From: a virus
Lineage: Duplodnaviria; Caudoviricetes
IMG/VR virus record: IMGVR_UViG_3300021403_000004
Location: 32,001-96,000 of that record
Strand: one strand, 5' to 3'
DNA length: 64,000 nt
The notes below the pieces were generated by a model. It was not told where the DNA came from and searched no databases. It saw only the letters and a program-made list of their open reading frames with translations. Shown here piece by piece: positions 28,781 through 38,906 of the stretch; within the stretch, counting starts at the first letter, position 1; the number at the start of each line of letters is the position of its first letter. A program made the position numbers and the translations under genes.

Positions 28781-29457
28781 GGGTGGCTGCCGGCCAGCGG
28801 GAACGAGGCGGAGTCGCCCGTGGCGTAATCCGTCAGCACCAGGGCCGGGCCGTCAGCTGACAGGGCGCCGGCATCGCCGATGCTCATCACGCACTGGTCA
28901 ATGCGCAGGCCGCCCAGCGCGCCGGCATCGCGTGCCGGGAAGACCCGGCCGGACACGTCCACGCACGCGATGGTCACCGGGACGGTGCGCACCGGCCCCG
29001 GGACCGCCACGGTCCGGGTCACCGTCCGGGTGCGCACCGGGCCTGGGACGGCAACCTTCTTCACGACCACCGGTCCCGGCACCCGCACCTGCACGGTCCT
29101 GGACACGGTGTGTTCCGGGACGGGCATGCCCGCCATCGCCCACGATGCGCCGGCGAGCACCGTGACCACCACGGCAGCCAGCAGGAAGACCAGCCGCGCG
29201 CCTGCCTGGCGGCGGAACGGGGCCAGCGGCGCGTCCTGCGGCGGGATGACCGGAATCGGGCACGTGTCATCATCGGCATGCGAAACGGGCAGCGGCGCGG
29301 GTGACTGGGTCACGAGCTCGGCAATCCTCTTAACGCTGGCTGGCGGTCCGGCCGAACAGCATGTCCAGCACGGCATCGGGGCTGACCTTGCGCGCGAGCA
29401 GGGCTGACAGGGCAGCCGCTTCCTTGCCCTCGTAGAAGTCCAGGAGCTGCCCGTCAT
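28777..29457 (-). CDS. membrane protein with VPGPV repeats
   Basis: TM helix then VPGPV x3; real start probably downstream (~29313). Confidence 0.55.
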   Translation of the reverse strand: MTGSSWTSTRARKRLPCQPCSRARSAPMPCWTCCSAGPPASVKRIAELVTQSPAPLPVSHADDDTCPIPVIPPQDAPLAPFRRQAGARLVFLLAAVVVTVLAGASWAMAGMPVPEHTVSRTVQVRVPGPVVVKKVAVPGPVRTRTVTRTVAVPGPVRTVPVTIACVDVSGRVFPARDAGALGGLRIDQCVMSIGDAGALSADGPALVLTDYATGDSASFPLAGSHP

Positions 29458-29528
29458 CAGAAAAGGCCACGTACCGGGACGACTCCTGCGGGCCGTCCAC
29501 GTCCTTGACGATCACCATCGCGATTACC

Positions 29529-30083
29529 TCACGCGGGGCGCTGCTTGATCCACCGCCGGACTTCCCCGTCGTCCAGCACGGGCCACCAGTGCTCAGGCGG
29601 CGGCGCTTCCAGGTTAGCGCAGATGACCACGCCGCCTGGGCGCACGTCCTGCCAGACTTTCGCCTCCAGCTCGCGCTGCAGCGCCCTGTCGCGCAGCGGG
29701 CGGTTGAACCACAGGAGGTCGAACTTGCCGTAGCCCCCGTAATCCAGGGCGTCAGCGACCTCTGCCGACAAGCCGAGCTTCCAGGCCTCGTTCACGTACT
29801 CCGGGACCCGGTCAATGCCGTGCACGTCCAGGCCGAAGACCTCCTGGGCAATGAGCATCCGGGTTCCCACGCCGCTGCCGACTTCAAGGAACGACGTCCC
29901 GGAAGACTCCGGCAGCGCCTCTGCCACCAAGGCGATGAAGTCCCAGAGCGGGAACGGCATCCAGGGCGTGCTGCGCACGTCATCATGCCCGGCGCTGCCT
30001 GCCAGCCACTGCCGGTCCAGCAGCTCCGCCTGCCGCAGCGCCACCCTGATCGCCTCGGGCCTGCTGCCCCCGGGGATGCTCAC
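29529..30083 (-). CDS. class I SAM-dependent methyltransferase
   Basis: FLEVGSGVG, GID, ADAL, RPGG motifs. Confidence 0.85.
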   Translation of the reverse strand: MSIPGGSRPEAIRVALRQAELLDRQWLAGSAGHDDVRSTPWMPFPLWDFIALVAEALPESSGTSFLEVGSGVGTRMLIAQEVFGLDVHGIDRVPEYVNEAWKLGLSAEVADALDYGGYGKFDLLWFNRPLRDRALQRELEAKVWQDVRPGGVVICANLEAPPPEHWWPVLDDGEVRRWIKQRPA

Positions 30084-30492
30084 GACTGGGCCCCGTCACG
30101 CGGGCCGGGCACGTCATCGCGCAGGCAAGGCTGGACATCGTCACGCGGGCCGGGCGCGCCCGTTGCCGGGGCCAGCCCTGCCTGCGCGATGACGTGACCG
30201 CCAGGCAGCGGCTCGCTGTCCGGCTCAGGATAGGCGTCCGCAGGCAACGGCGGCAGCGGCTCGCCCGCCACGGCCTTCGCCCAGTCGATCCGGTCCCCGC
30301 CGCGGGTTTCCTGCTGCGGCACCTGCTCGCCCATGCCGGCTCCGTCCTGTCCTGGCTGGCTGGCCAGCCTGTCACTCCCGTGCACATCAGTCTTGGCTGG
30401 CATCGTCCGTGCACGGCTGCGCCCCCGGCCCTGAGTGAGCGGCTCGCGGTCCCCGTCATGATACCGCACGGATACCGCATGAGACCGCCAGG

Positions 30493-31545
30493 CTACCGGA
30501 ACAAGGACTCATACGCCTGCGCCCACAGGTGCCAGTTCCTCGCGATGGTGCGCTCGCACGCCGCCTCCCGGGCTGCCTTGCCCATGGACGCCCGCAGTCC
30601 CGCGTCATTGGCCAGCACGGACATGTACTTCAGCCACTCGTGGTCGTGCCTGACCAGGAAACCGTTCTCGCCGTGCCGGATGAAGTTGCGGTACACCGCG
30701 CAGTCGGTGGCGATGGACGGGATGCCGCGGGCTGCCCACTCCAGGACCTTGACGTCCGACTTGGCGAGGTCGAAGTCCGTGCCCGTCAGCGGGGCCAGCC
30801 CGATGTCGAAGTCCGCCGTGGCATAGTACTCCCGTGGCTGCTCGTACACCGGCACCCACGGGACGTGCAGGACCCTGTCGCTCAGCAGGTACGGCTTGCG
30901 GGCCTTTCCCGACGGGTTCAGGAACGACTCGCTGAAGTCCGTGCCCCCCAGCTGGAAGTCCCAGCCAGGGAAGCGCCGCAGGAACCGCCGCACGGGGTCC
31001 ACGATGAGGCCCACGTCGCTGCCGTGGCTCGCGCCGCCTGCCCAGCCCACGGCAGGCCGCTCCCGGGAGGCCCGGGGCATGTCCAGCACCCAGCCGGGGA
31101 TGCAGTTGGGCAGCACGGCCACGCCCGGGTTGCCCGTCTCCTCGCGCATCACCGCGGCCAGGTGACTGGTCGTCACGGTGATCAGGTCGGCCACCTGCGC
31201 CTGGTGCGTGACAGCCTCGCGGATCTCCGGCCTGCTAAAGACATGGTAGGCCTGCCAGTTCACCGGCGTCACCCGGAACACGTCGTCATCGATCTCGTAC
31301 ACCAGGCGGCTGCCCGGGACGCGCGCCTGCCGCCAGACGCGCATGCCGCCGTAATGGTTGAAGCGCTGGCCGATGATGATGTCGTGGCCTTGCATGTCCC
31401 GCAGCGTGATGGGCCTGTTGCCCTCCTCGTTCCCCCCACTGCGGAACGTGACCTCATGCCCGTGCCTGGCCAGCTCCTCCAGGGGGACCGTCATGCGGTA
31501 CCAGCAGCACCCGGAACCGCCGTCGTGGCCGGCGAAGATCTTCAC
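30493..31545 (-). CDS. GT4-like glycosyltransferase
   Basis: VYEIDDD, ADLITVTT..LA, VGWAGG, DIGLAPL..F..AKS.VKVLE..A.GIP. Confidence 0.9.
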   Translation of the reverse strand: MKIFAGHDGGSGCCWYRMTVPLEELARHGHEVTFRSGGNEEGNRPITLRDMQGHDIIIGQRFNHYGGMRVWRQARVPGSRLVYEIDDDVFRVTPVNWQAYHVFSRPEIREAVTHQAQVADLITVTTSHLAAVMREETGNPGVAVLPNCIPGWVLDMPRASRERPAVGWAGGASHGSDVGLIVDPVRRFLRRFPGWDFQLGGTDFSESFLNPSGKARKPYLLSDRVLHVPWVPVYEQPREYYATADFDIGLAPLTGTDFDLAKSDVKVLEWAARGIPSIATDCAVYRNFIRHGENGFLVRHDHEWLKYMSVLANDAGLRASMGKAAREAACERTIARNWHLWAQAYESLFR

Positions 31546-31635
31546 GGGTGCACGGTCACCGACTCCATCAGCCGATCCTTTCAGCCTGAACGTTTCCGTG
31601 TTTTAACCGGAAGAGTACAGTTAAGGGTAGCGGGC

Positions 31636-32610
31636 CTAGTGCGGCTGCCCGCTGGGAGACAACACCTCCGAGCCGCAAAGGAGCTGATGGCAATGCTCGC
31701 CATCGCCGCGCTCGTGTTCTTCATCATCACCGCCGTCGTCGCGTGGGTAGACAAGACCATTTCGGTCCCGCACTTGATCGCCTTGACGGCCGTCGGCCTG
31801 GCCTTCCTCGCTGGTCACTTTATCTGGGGCTGGTGGGGCACCCGTACTGCTCCCTGACAGGGACCGCGGGCGTCCTGCAGCCTGGTCACCACGCGCACCC
31901 TGTAACCCGCGTCCGGGCAAGACCGTGCCCGCCTCGTCCCAGGGCGCCTCTTTCTTCGGCGTCCAGCAGGAGATCCCCGGCTCGGCATGCGCGTGGTAGT
32001 ACGCCAGCTCAGCACTGAGGTTCGCGTAGTCCTCATGCCAGGCCAAATGGTCGGCAACGTACGGGAAGCCCGTGCGCACGGCGCTGAAGGAGTGGCAGCC
32101 GACGTCCATCATCGGGACGTGCACGGCCAGCGTGGTGTCCACGTCCGCGTGGAAGACGCCCGGCTCAACCTCGTTATCCCAGAAGTGGGCTTCCCAGCCG
32201 ATCACGTTCTCGCGCTGGCTGTAATGCGCCGGGATGCGGTCAATCCGCAGGCCCAGCCCGGCCTTGTGATAGCGCGGGTGCCTGCTGAGGACCTCAGCCA
32301 GGTGCCAGGGCCAGTCAAGGGGGCAGCCTTCCGACGGCACCACGTCGGGATCGGTGACGACGTACTTCTCCCGGGCGTTGGCTGCGCGGAACCAGCCCCG
32401 CGTCCACAGGTCACGCGGGTTGCCGCCGCCGTCGTCCACTACCCGGACCCCGGCTTTCTGCACGTCCCGGAGCCAGTCCACGGCCTCCGGCCAGGTCGTG
32501 CCGTGGTCAACGATGGTGGTCTCCAGGCCGGCCGCCTGCATGGCCGCGAGGCAGAGCCTGCCGTAGGTCACCCTGTCCCGGAAGATGATGAAAGCGCGCA
32601 AGAGCGTCAC
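31636..32610 (-). CDS. GT-A-type glycosyltransferase
   Basis: IVDHGTT, YVVTDPD, ADVDTTLA; last ~100 codons overlap an opposite-strand gene and may be spurious. Confidence 0.7.
   Translation of the reverse strand: MTLLRAFIIFRDRVTYGRLCLAAMQAAGLETTIVDHGTTWPEAVDWLRDVQKAGVRVVDDGGGNPRDLWTRGWFRAANAREKYVVTDPDVVPSEGCPLDWPWHLAEVLSRHPRYHKAGLGLRIDRIPAHYSQRENVIGWEAHFWDNEVEPGVFHADVDTTLAVHVPMMDVGCHSFSAVRTGFPYVADHLAWHEDYANLSAELAYYHAHAEPGISCWTPKKEAPWDEAGTVLPGRGLQGARGDQAAGRPRSLSGSSTGAPPAPDKVTSEEGQADGRQGDQVRDRNGLVYPRDDGGDDEEHERGDGEHCHQLLCGSEVLSPSGQPH
31687..31857 (+). CDS. small two-TM membrane protein
   Basis: AAGGAG RBS; two hydrophobic helices. Confidence 0.65.
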   Translation: MAMLAIAALVFFIITAVVAWVDKTISVPHLIALTAVGLAFLAGHFIWGWWGTRTAP

Positions 32611-32616
32611 AGCCTT

Positions 32617-33321
32617 TCAGGGATACTCCGGCCATCCGGGCTTCAGGTCGTAAACGGCAGGGTTAGCCTGCGACATCCAGGTCTCGGCCTGCCAGCGGTC
32701 CTCACTGGCCGGGGCCGGGAGCCGGCGCAGGTACGACGACGTGGCCCACCAGAAGTTGCCGCCGAAGAACGGGGGGTCGCTCGGGTAGTGCTGGTTGTCC
32801 ACCCAGTGGCAGCCCACGGCATCATGGCGGGCCAGCAGCGCCAGGCACTCTTCCCACTCGTAGATGACCTTGCGCGTCATCGACCTGCGCCAGGCCATGT
32901 TGGTGTCCGAGCCGTCCGCGGCGCCCTTGGTGTGCGCGTACACGACGGCGTACTCGTCCTGGGACTTCTGCACGTCATCGTGGATGGCCTGGAGCGTCAG
33001 CTGCTCCCAGCCCTCGTCAGCCTCGCGCCAGGCCGCCGGCTCGGGGAGGTCCCAGTTCCGGCACAGCAAGCCGATCCGCTGCCGGGCGGCGTCACGGTCT
33101 CGCGGCGGCCCCACCAGGCCGACCGTGGTGACCACGCCGTCAAGGCCCGAGCGGCCCATCGCGGTGAAGTGATCGCGTACCGGCACCGCCCAGGCGCCTG
33201 CCGCGTAACAATGATAGTAATGGCGCACCGGGAGGGCCGCCCGCAACCGCGCCTCCCGCTGGGCGCACTGGGCGCACGAGCTGCCCGTCATCGCTGCTCC
33301 TGCCTGAACCGGGACGGCCAC
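32617..33321 (-). CDS. putative glycosyltransferase
   Basis: VYAHTKG, WRR.M, FGGNFWWA..YL..LP, DRW.AE.W. Confidence 0.7.
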   Translation of the reverse strand: MAVPVQAGAAMTGSSCAQCAQREARLRAALPVRHYYHCYAAGAWAVPVRDHFTAMGRSGLDGVVTTVGLVGPPRDRDAARQRIGLLCRNWDLPEPAAWREADEGWEQLTLQAIHDDVQKSQDEYAVVYAHTKGAADGSDTNMAWRRSMTRKVIYEWEECLALLARHDAVGCHWVDNQHYPSDPPFFGGNFWWATSSYLRRLPAPASEDRWQAETWMSQANPAVYDLKPGWPEYP

Positions 33322-33920
33322 ACGTCACTGGTCTCCTCGTCCACGCTCACGTACGGCACCCCGGCATCCAGCCACCGCTGCACGAGGTCCCAGTCCTCCG
33401 TCCAGGACGCGGGCCCCCAGGTGCCGTGCTCCAGGGCCCAGCGCCGGTGCATGATCATCGGCGTTCCCACGTTCCCGCACGCCAGCGGCCCCCAGCCGGT
33501 GACCGTCTCGTGCGGGCCGCCGTGCGCCGTCATCCTGCTGACGGCGAAGCCTGCCTGCGGCGCGGCGTCCAGGGCCTTGGCCAGCAGCGCGCAGTGCCCC
33601 GGCCGCAATGCGTCGTCATCGTCACAGTAAGTAATGTACGTCCCGTGCGCTTCTTCCAGGCCGGCCAGCCGGGCATGGTGCCCCCAGTGCTCGCCCGCCG
33701 GGTGCTCCGGCAGCTCGCAGTAGCGGATGCCGTGCCAGCCGTTGCGCGCGACCTCGCCGCCCAGCCGGAAGGCCAGCTCGTCGTCTGGCCCGTCACTGAC
33801 GATGACGTGCTCAGTGCCCGCCAGCGACTGCGCCTGCACGGACGGGATGCACCGCTCCAGGAGCAGGTCGTGGCGCCGGAACCAGGTGGGCGTGATGACG
33901 GTCACCGCAGGGCCGCTCAT
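33288..33920 (-). CDS. GT2 glycosyltransferase
   Basis: VTVITPT..EHVIVSDG..YITYCDDDD..EDWDL. Confidence 0.9.
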   Translation of the reverse strand: MSGPAVTVITPTWFRRHDLLLERCIPSVQAQSLAGTEHVIVSDGPDDELAFRLGGEVARNGWHGIRYCELPEHPAGEHWGHHARLAGLEEAHGTYITYCDDDDALRPGHCALLAKALDAAPQAGFAVSRMTAHGGPHETVTGWGPLACGNVGTPMIMHRRWALEHGTWGPASWTEDWDLVQRWLDAGVPYVSVDEETSDVWPSRFRQEQR

Positions 33921-34642
33921 CCGGGCCACCTGTCCGGGACGTTGATGCCGCGGTTGAACTCAGCTAGTGACTGCGGGGTGAACGGCGTCCCGCCCAGCTT
34001 GGCGATATCGGCGTTCAGCTGCCCCCCGCGGCTGTAGGCGTGCCAGTTCTGCAGGTCGGCTGCCGTCAGCGCGTACGACGCTGCGTACGTCTGGTCATGG
34101 CCGGCCTTGCCGTTGGAGTAATGCAGGTGCTCGATGACCACGTCATCAAGGTAGGTGATCCCGCACGCGGTGCCCCAGGCGAACCAGGCCACGTCCACGT
34201 ACATGTGGCTGATCGACGGCGCCCCTGCGTAGCCCAGTGCCTGCACCACCTCACTGCGCATGAAGACATGGCAGCTCATCGACCCCGGGTCGCGCGGGTA
34301 CAGGTCGTTGCCGAACGCGAACGGGGTGCGCTGCAGGGCCTCCAGGATGCGGGCATCCCAGCCTGCCGTGCGCGGCACGTTGTCGTCACCCAGGCAGCCC
34401 ACGGCCCGGTAGCCCGCGGCCCGGGGGACGGCCAGCTCGTTCGTCCAGGCCGTGACCTGGCGCAGCCCGGATCGCACCTCGTACTCCACGCCCTGCAGGC
34501 GCGGGTACTGGCGCTCATCGTCATCGTCTAGGCCCACGGCCAGCGTGGTCGCCGCCGTGCACGTCTGCGCCATCGCCTGCGCCAGCCTGCTGACGCTCGC
34601 CGGACGCCCGCGGCTGGGCACGACGACCAGCAGGTCCCTCAT
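33917..34642 (-). CDS. GT2-like glycosyltransferase
   Basis: VVVPSRGRP..LGDD..P.T.GWD..HMYVD..IEHLH. Confidence 0.85.
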   Translation of the reverse strand: MRDLLVVVPSRGRPASVSRLAQAMAQTCTAATTLAVGLDDDDERQYPRLQGVEYEVRSGLRQVTAWTNELAVPRAAGYRAVGCLGDDNVPRTAGWDARILEALQRTPFAFGNDLYPRDPGSMSCHVFMRSEVVQALGYAGAPSISHMYVDVAWFAWGTACGITYLDDVVIEHLHYSNGKAGHDQTYAASYALTAADLQNWHAYSRGGQLNADIAKLGGTPFTPQSLAEFNRGINVPDRWPG

Positions 34643-34872
34643 GGGGCTTCAACTAACCTTGTGCACGTTAATGACTTGACTCCACGGAAGCACGCACGCA
34701 TCCCAGGCCTCATCACCCACAGTAATAGCCGCGGTGGCTACACCGTGATTAAACAACTCCACATCCCCGACAGGAAGAGTAACGCTCCCATCGGTCACGG
34801 TTACCAGCTCTACCGTCATCGCACCGCCCCACCATGCGGGGTACAGCTCGCTGAGCACGACTGGCGTGTCCG

Positions 34873-35565
34873 TCATTTCTCGCTCTCCTTGCCTAGTGCC
34901 GGGCTGCACACCCAGAATGACCTGTCTGGCGTCAGGTGCCCTGCGTACAGTACGGTCTCGATCCGGTACCCGAAGCCTTCCAGCAATGCATGGCACCGAA
35001 GACGGCTATTCATCTGCGCCACGAACGGGTACACGTCTGTATGATCCTCTATCAGCAATCTAGGCACGAATTGCCGCAGCGTTGCCGCACCCCCCATGAG
35101 AACGCCGAGCTCGGCACCCTCCACGTCAATCTTCACCCAGTCCAGGCGCGTGATGTCGTGCTCCTGAGCTAGCTCATCCAGGGTGGAGAACACAGCCCCG
35201 TCAGGCGCATGATGCTCCGGGTACGGCATAGTATCCAAGGCAGTCCTGAATCCCGGCTCGTAGCCACCAGGAGCAGCAAGTGCCTCATGGATCACGACAA
35301 GCCGTGACACGTCCAGGCGGTTAGACTCGCACAACCGTACCAGCGTGCCCGTATACGCCACCGACGGGTCTACCGCGTACACCATCGCCCCGGCAGCCAG
35401 TGCCGGAATCGTGTAACTGCCGATATGGCAGCCGATGTCGATGACCACGTCACCAGGCCTCACGCGCCAGTGCGCCTGCCTTACCTCAGCCTCATCCTCG
35501 AACCAGCCTGTGATGTTTGGGTCATCGGGCAGCGTCACGTCCTGCTGCCCGTACGTCACGATCAT
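34873..35565 (-). CDS. FkbM-family methyltransferase
   Basis: VIDIGCHIG, TLD, VKIDVEGAE.VL.G; lower GC than neighbours. Confidence 0.9.
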   Translation of the reverse strand: MIVTYGQQDVTLPDDPNITGWFEDEAEVRQAHWRVRPGDVVIDIGCHIGSYTIPALAAGAMVYAVDPSVAYTGTLVRLCESNRLDVSRLVVIHEALAAPGGYEPGFRTALDTMPYPEHHAPDGAVFSTLDELAQEHDITRLDWVKIDVEGAELGVLMGGAATLRQFVPRLLIEDHTDVYPFVAQMNSRLRCHALLEGFGYRIETVLYAGHLTPDRSFWVCSPALGKESEK

Positions 35566-36206
35566 GACGATCCCGCGATCACCGTCAGCCACGGGTAGGA
35601 CGGCACCGGCGGGACCTTCTCCGCTGGCAGCGGGAAGCGCTCGGTCTTGAAGGTGTCAGCCGCGGAGGACCGGTACCAGTACACCGGGTCGCCGGGCACC
35701 CAGGCCTGCTCCCGGCACCGGCCGCTCGCCCGCACCTTGTTGCTCCACTCGCGCTCGGCCCCGTTCCCGCCCTCCCAGGCCCCCAGGAGCGCGATCTCCC
35801 GGCGGATCGGGTTGAACTGGGTGATGTCCCTGGTCAGCATGTCATCCCGGTTCGTCCAGCCGGAGTGCACGAGCGAGTGCTCCACCGGGGCCTCCAGCAC
35901 GCCGTCCGTCGTCCAGCGCACCATGAAGCCCACGTAGTCGGGCTGCGCCTGCAGGGCGGCCATGACGCGGGCAACGCCATCGGGGGCCAGCAGGTCATCA
36001 TCGTCAATGCAGGACACGTACTGCGCCCGGGACGCGTCCAGCAGCGCCTGCGTCTTGGCGCCGTAGGTGCTTTCCAGGTTGTCCCGGTACAGCAGCGCGC
36101 CGAATCCCGGCTGCCACTGCCGGTCCAGGTCCGCGAGCAGCTCCAGCAAGGTGGCGTGCCGGTGCGGGATGGAGCAGATCAGGGCATCCCAGGTAACATC
36201 GCTCAT
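35562..36206 (-). CDS. GT2 glycosyltransferase
   Basis: LICSIP.R, YVSCIDDDD. Confidence 0.8.
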   Translation of the reverse strand: MSDVTWDALICSIPHRHATLLELLADLDRQWQPGFGALLYRDNLESTYGAKTQALLDASRAQYVSCIDDDDLLAPDGVARVMAALQAQPDYVGFMVRWTTDGVLEAPVEHSLVHSGWTNRDDMLTRDITQFNPIRREIALLGAWEGGNGAEREWSNKVRASGRCREQAWVPGDPVYWYRSSAADTFKTERFPLPAEKVPPVPSYPWLTVIAGSS

Positions 36207-36868
36207 CACAGCACCGCCTTGATCGCGCCGATGTCCTGCGCCAGCTGCCCCCGGCAGTACGCGCTGTACGCTGCCTGGCACTGCGGCCAGGACTGCTCCG
36301 CCCGCAGGTACGTCTCATCCAGCGGGGCCTTGCCGGACGAGTGGTGCAGGTGCTCAATGATGACATCGCCCAGGTACTCAATCCCGCACGCGGCACCCCA
36401 GGCACCCCAGGCGTCGTCCACGAACATGTGCGTGAGGGACGGGACGCCAAGGTAGCCAAGCGCCTGGACCACTTCACTGCGCATGAAGGCGTGCGTCACC
36501 TGAGAGCCCTGCGGGCGCAGCGGGTACAGGTCGTTGGCGTAGGCAAACGGCTCCCGGCCCAGCGCGGCCATGATCCTGGCATCCCAGCCGGGCGTCTGCG
36601 GCACGCAGTCATCGCCCAGCGCCCCGGTGAACCGGTACGTGCCCGCACGGGGAACCGCGAGCTCGTTCACCCAGGGCGTGAAGCCGCGCAAGCCAGAGCG
36701 GACCTCGTACTCCACGCCCGCCAGGCGCTCGTAGCCGCCCTCGTCATCGCTGTCCAGGCCGACGACCAGCGTCGTGTCGCCCCGGCAGGTGGCGTCCATG
36801 GCCTCGCGCAGCCGGCGGACGTTCTGCGGGCGCCCCCGGCTCGGCACGACGACGACGAGGTCCCTCAT
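36206..36868 (-). CDS. GT2-like glycosyltransferase (paralog of 33917-34642)
   Basis: MRDLVVVVPSRGRP; clearly similar to the paralog along its length. Confidence 0.85.
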   Translation of the reverse strand: MRDLVVVVPSRGRPQNVRRLREAMDATCRGDTTLVVGLDSDDEGGYERLAGVEYEVRSGLRGFTPWVNELAVPRAGTYRFTGALGDDCVPQTPGWDARIMAALGREPFAYANDLYPLRPQGSQVTHAFMRSEVVQALGYLGVPSLTHMFVDDAWGAWGAACGIEYLGDVIIEHLHHSSGKAPLDETYLRAEQSWPQCQAAYSAYCRGQLAQDIGAIKAVL

Positions 36869-37227
36869 ATCAGCCTGTCCGCCGCGGCCAGCCGGACCGT
36901 GTCGCCCTCGTACCCCTCACCCGACCGCGGCCCGCGGGTGAACACCAGGCACGTGCAGTCCTCCAGGGCCTCCCAGGCGTGCGCGACCCCCGGCAGCTCG
37001 CAGGCCATGTCACCCGGGCCGTACGCGCGGTCCTGCACCAGCCCTTCCTCGTCCCTGGTGACGATGCGCAGCCGCCCGCGGACCACGTACGTCCACTGGG
37101 TGGTCTGGGCATGCACGTGATTACCGCGGATGGACCCGGCCCAGCTGACGATCCGGGTCACGGAGTCCAGTGGCGTGACCAGGAGGTCCTCAATCAGGCC
37201 ACGCCCGTCAGCAAAGCTGCTAGGCAT
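36865..37227 (-). CDS. cupin sugar isomerase/epimerase (FdtA/WxcM-like)
   Basis: F.DGRG.I..IRGNH.H..Q..YV..G..PGVAH. Confidence 0.75.
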   Translation of the reverse strand: MPSSFADGRGLIEDLLVTPLDSVTRIVSWAGSIRGNHVHAQTTQWTYVVRGRLRIVTRDEEGLVQDRAYGPGDMACELPGVAHAWEALEDCTCLVFTRGPRSGEGYEGDTVRLAAADRLI

Positions 37228-38350
37228 CAATGACCTCCGGGCTCGGGAGCGGGATGATGAACGCGCCCCTGTAGCCTGCCGCCCGCAGCTTCGGCATGAT
37301 GTCGCCGGCAAGGTGCCAGGACAGCAGGAGCGCGTACCCCGGCTGGTCTTCCGTCAGCCGCTTCTCGTCTGCGACGGGAATTTGCGTGCCCGGGATCAGC
37401 GTGCCGATCTTCTCGCTGCCTGGCACCTCGCACACGAGCGTGATGAACCTGGCGATCCCGGCGTAGTGGATGAGCGGCGTGGCACGGGTGGCGGCGCCAA
37501 TGCCGTACACGGACTTCTTCTCCAGGTGAACGGCCCTCCACAGCATGCCGCGCAGTGCCGCGGCGGCGCCCTCGGCGCGGAACTGCCAGCCCGGCCGCTG
37601 CACGCGCGCGCGCATCCGGAATGACCCGCCGTGCACCGGCACCTGCCGGGAGCTGGTCACCCGCATCCCGTGCCGTTCCAGCAAGGCGCTCAGTGACGCC
37701 ACCGAGTAATAGCGCAAGTGCTCATGATAAATGGCGTCGACCTGAAGGCCCTCGGTAATGCTCGCCAGGTCATGGTTCTCCGTGATGAATTCCCCGCCCT
37801 CGCCAAGCAGGAGCTGCACGCCATCCAGGAAGTCATGCGGGTCGGGCACGTGCGCGAGGACATTGCACGCCGTGATGACCGCGGCCGGGCCGTGGTCCTC
37901 ACGGATCTTCCTGGCCAGTTCCGCGGAGAAGAACTCCTGGTAGCGGATGATTCCCGGGCCGCATTTCAGGACCTGGCCGGTAGGCTCGACAGCGGCTTTC
38001 CGCAAGCCAGGACCGGGATAGCTGCCCAGCAGCGTCCCGTCATTGGCCCCGATGTCGATGACGAGGTCATCCAGGAACAGGGATGAGGCCAGTGAGCTCG
38101 CCAGGTCGGCGTAATGCCGCCGCAAGGCTGCGGAGTTACCTGTCGCGTAAGGGTGGTCGGGGCGGAACAGCTCTTCCTGGCTCACGGTGTGGCTCAGCTG
38201 CACGAGCGTGCAGTTACCGCATCGCACGAGCGCGAGCGGGTACCGGGCACTGGCGCTCATGCGCTCGGCGAGGGGCTGGCGGCCCATGCTGAACAAGGGC
38301 CGCAGGCTGGCTGAGCCACAGCCGCCGCATGCCGTGACCTCACCGTCCAC
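37220..38350 (-). CDS. NDP-sugar C-methyltransferase
   Basis: CxxC/CxxC zinc domain, IDIGANDG, NVLAH, D.IYHEH..YYS, HGGS.R, GIGA, LLSWH. Confidence 0.9.
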   Translation of the reverse strand: MDGEVTACGGCGSASLRPLFSMGRQPLAERMSASARYPLALVRCGNCTLVQLSHTVSQEELFRPDHPYATGNSAALRRHYADLASSLASSLFLDDLVIDIGANDGTLLGSYPGPGLRKAAVEPTGQVLKCGPGIIRYQEFFSAELARKIREDHGPAAVITACNVLAHVPDPHDFLDGVQLLLGEGGEFITENHDLASITEGLQVDAIYHEHLRYYSVASLSALLERHGMRVTSSRQVPVHGGSFRMRARVQRPGWQFRAEGAAAALRGMLWRAVHLEKKSVYGIGAATRATPLIHYAGIARFITLVCEVPGSEKIGTLIPGTQIPVADEKRLTEDQPGYALLLSWHLAGDIMPKLRAAGYRGAFIIPLPSPEVIDA

Positions 38351-38906
38351 TATCGCTCCTGCGATGCAGGTAATTATGCTCTGCCGGAGACAGCCAGATG
38401 CAGTTACCTGGCTCGTAATCACCATCAGTGTCCAACCGGTGCAGGTGCCAGTAAGGAGCTGGTGACGGCCCCATGTCAGCCAGGAAATTCGGGAATCCAT
38501 CACGTCCGGTCCAGCGGGCGCACACCTTAATGCCGCGCCCCCCGTAACGGGCGTAGGACTTATTGGCCGGGTCTTCACAGCGTCGGCGCACGCCCTGCCA
38601 TAGCGTGTAGTTCGGATGATGACTGAGTCCGTGCCTGAACTGCATGCCAGACGTCCGGCAATGCTCCGCGACTTTCCTGGCCTTCAGGCACCCGCATGAC
38701 TTCCGGTGACCACTCCGCAAGCTTGCGCCCGGAGCCACGACGACAGCGCCACAGGCGCACTCGCAACGGTAAGTCCTGTACCCGTTTTTACTCCCTGCGT
38801 ACTCCAGCACGGTCAGCAGCCCGTAAGCATCTCCCGGCTTAACTGACGGCGGCCGTCCGCGACCGATACCACGCGACGCCGTCACTTCGGGTGCTCCCGG
38901 TACCAA
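38340..38906 (-). CDS. homing endonuclease (YGGRGI/HNH type)
   Basis: CECACG..SCGC..RRC..YGGRGIKVC.RW..F.ADMG..Y.PGNC.W. Confidence 0.85.
   Translation of the reverse strand: MVPGAPEVTASRGIGRGRPPSVKPGDAYGLLTVLEYAGSKNGYRTYRCECACGAVVVAPGASLRSGHRKSCGCLKARKVAEHCRTSGMQFRHGLSHHPNYTLWQGVRRRCEDPANKSYARYGGRGIKVCARWTGRDGFPNFLADMGPSPAPYWHLHRLDTDGDYEPGNCIWLSPAEHNYLHRRSDSGR

Noticed and set aside
33917-36868. Diversity-generating retroelement TR/VR pair in the duplicated GT or DUF397 genes
   Set aside because: No reverse transcriptase in the window, and differences are not adenine-specific; ordinary paralogs.
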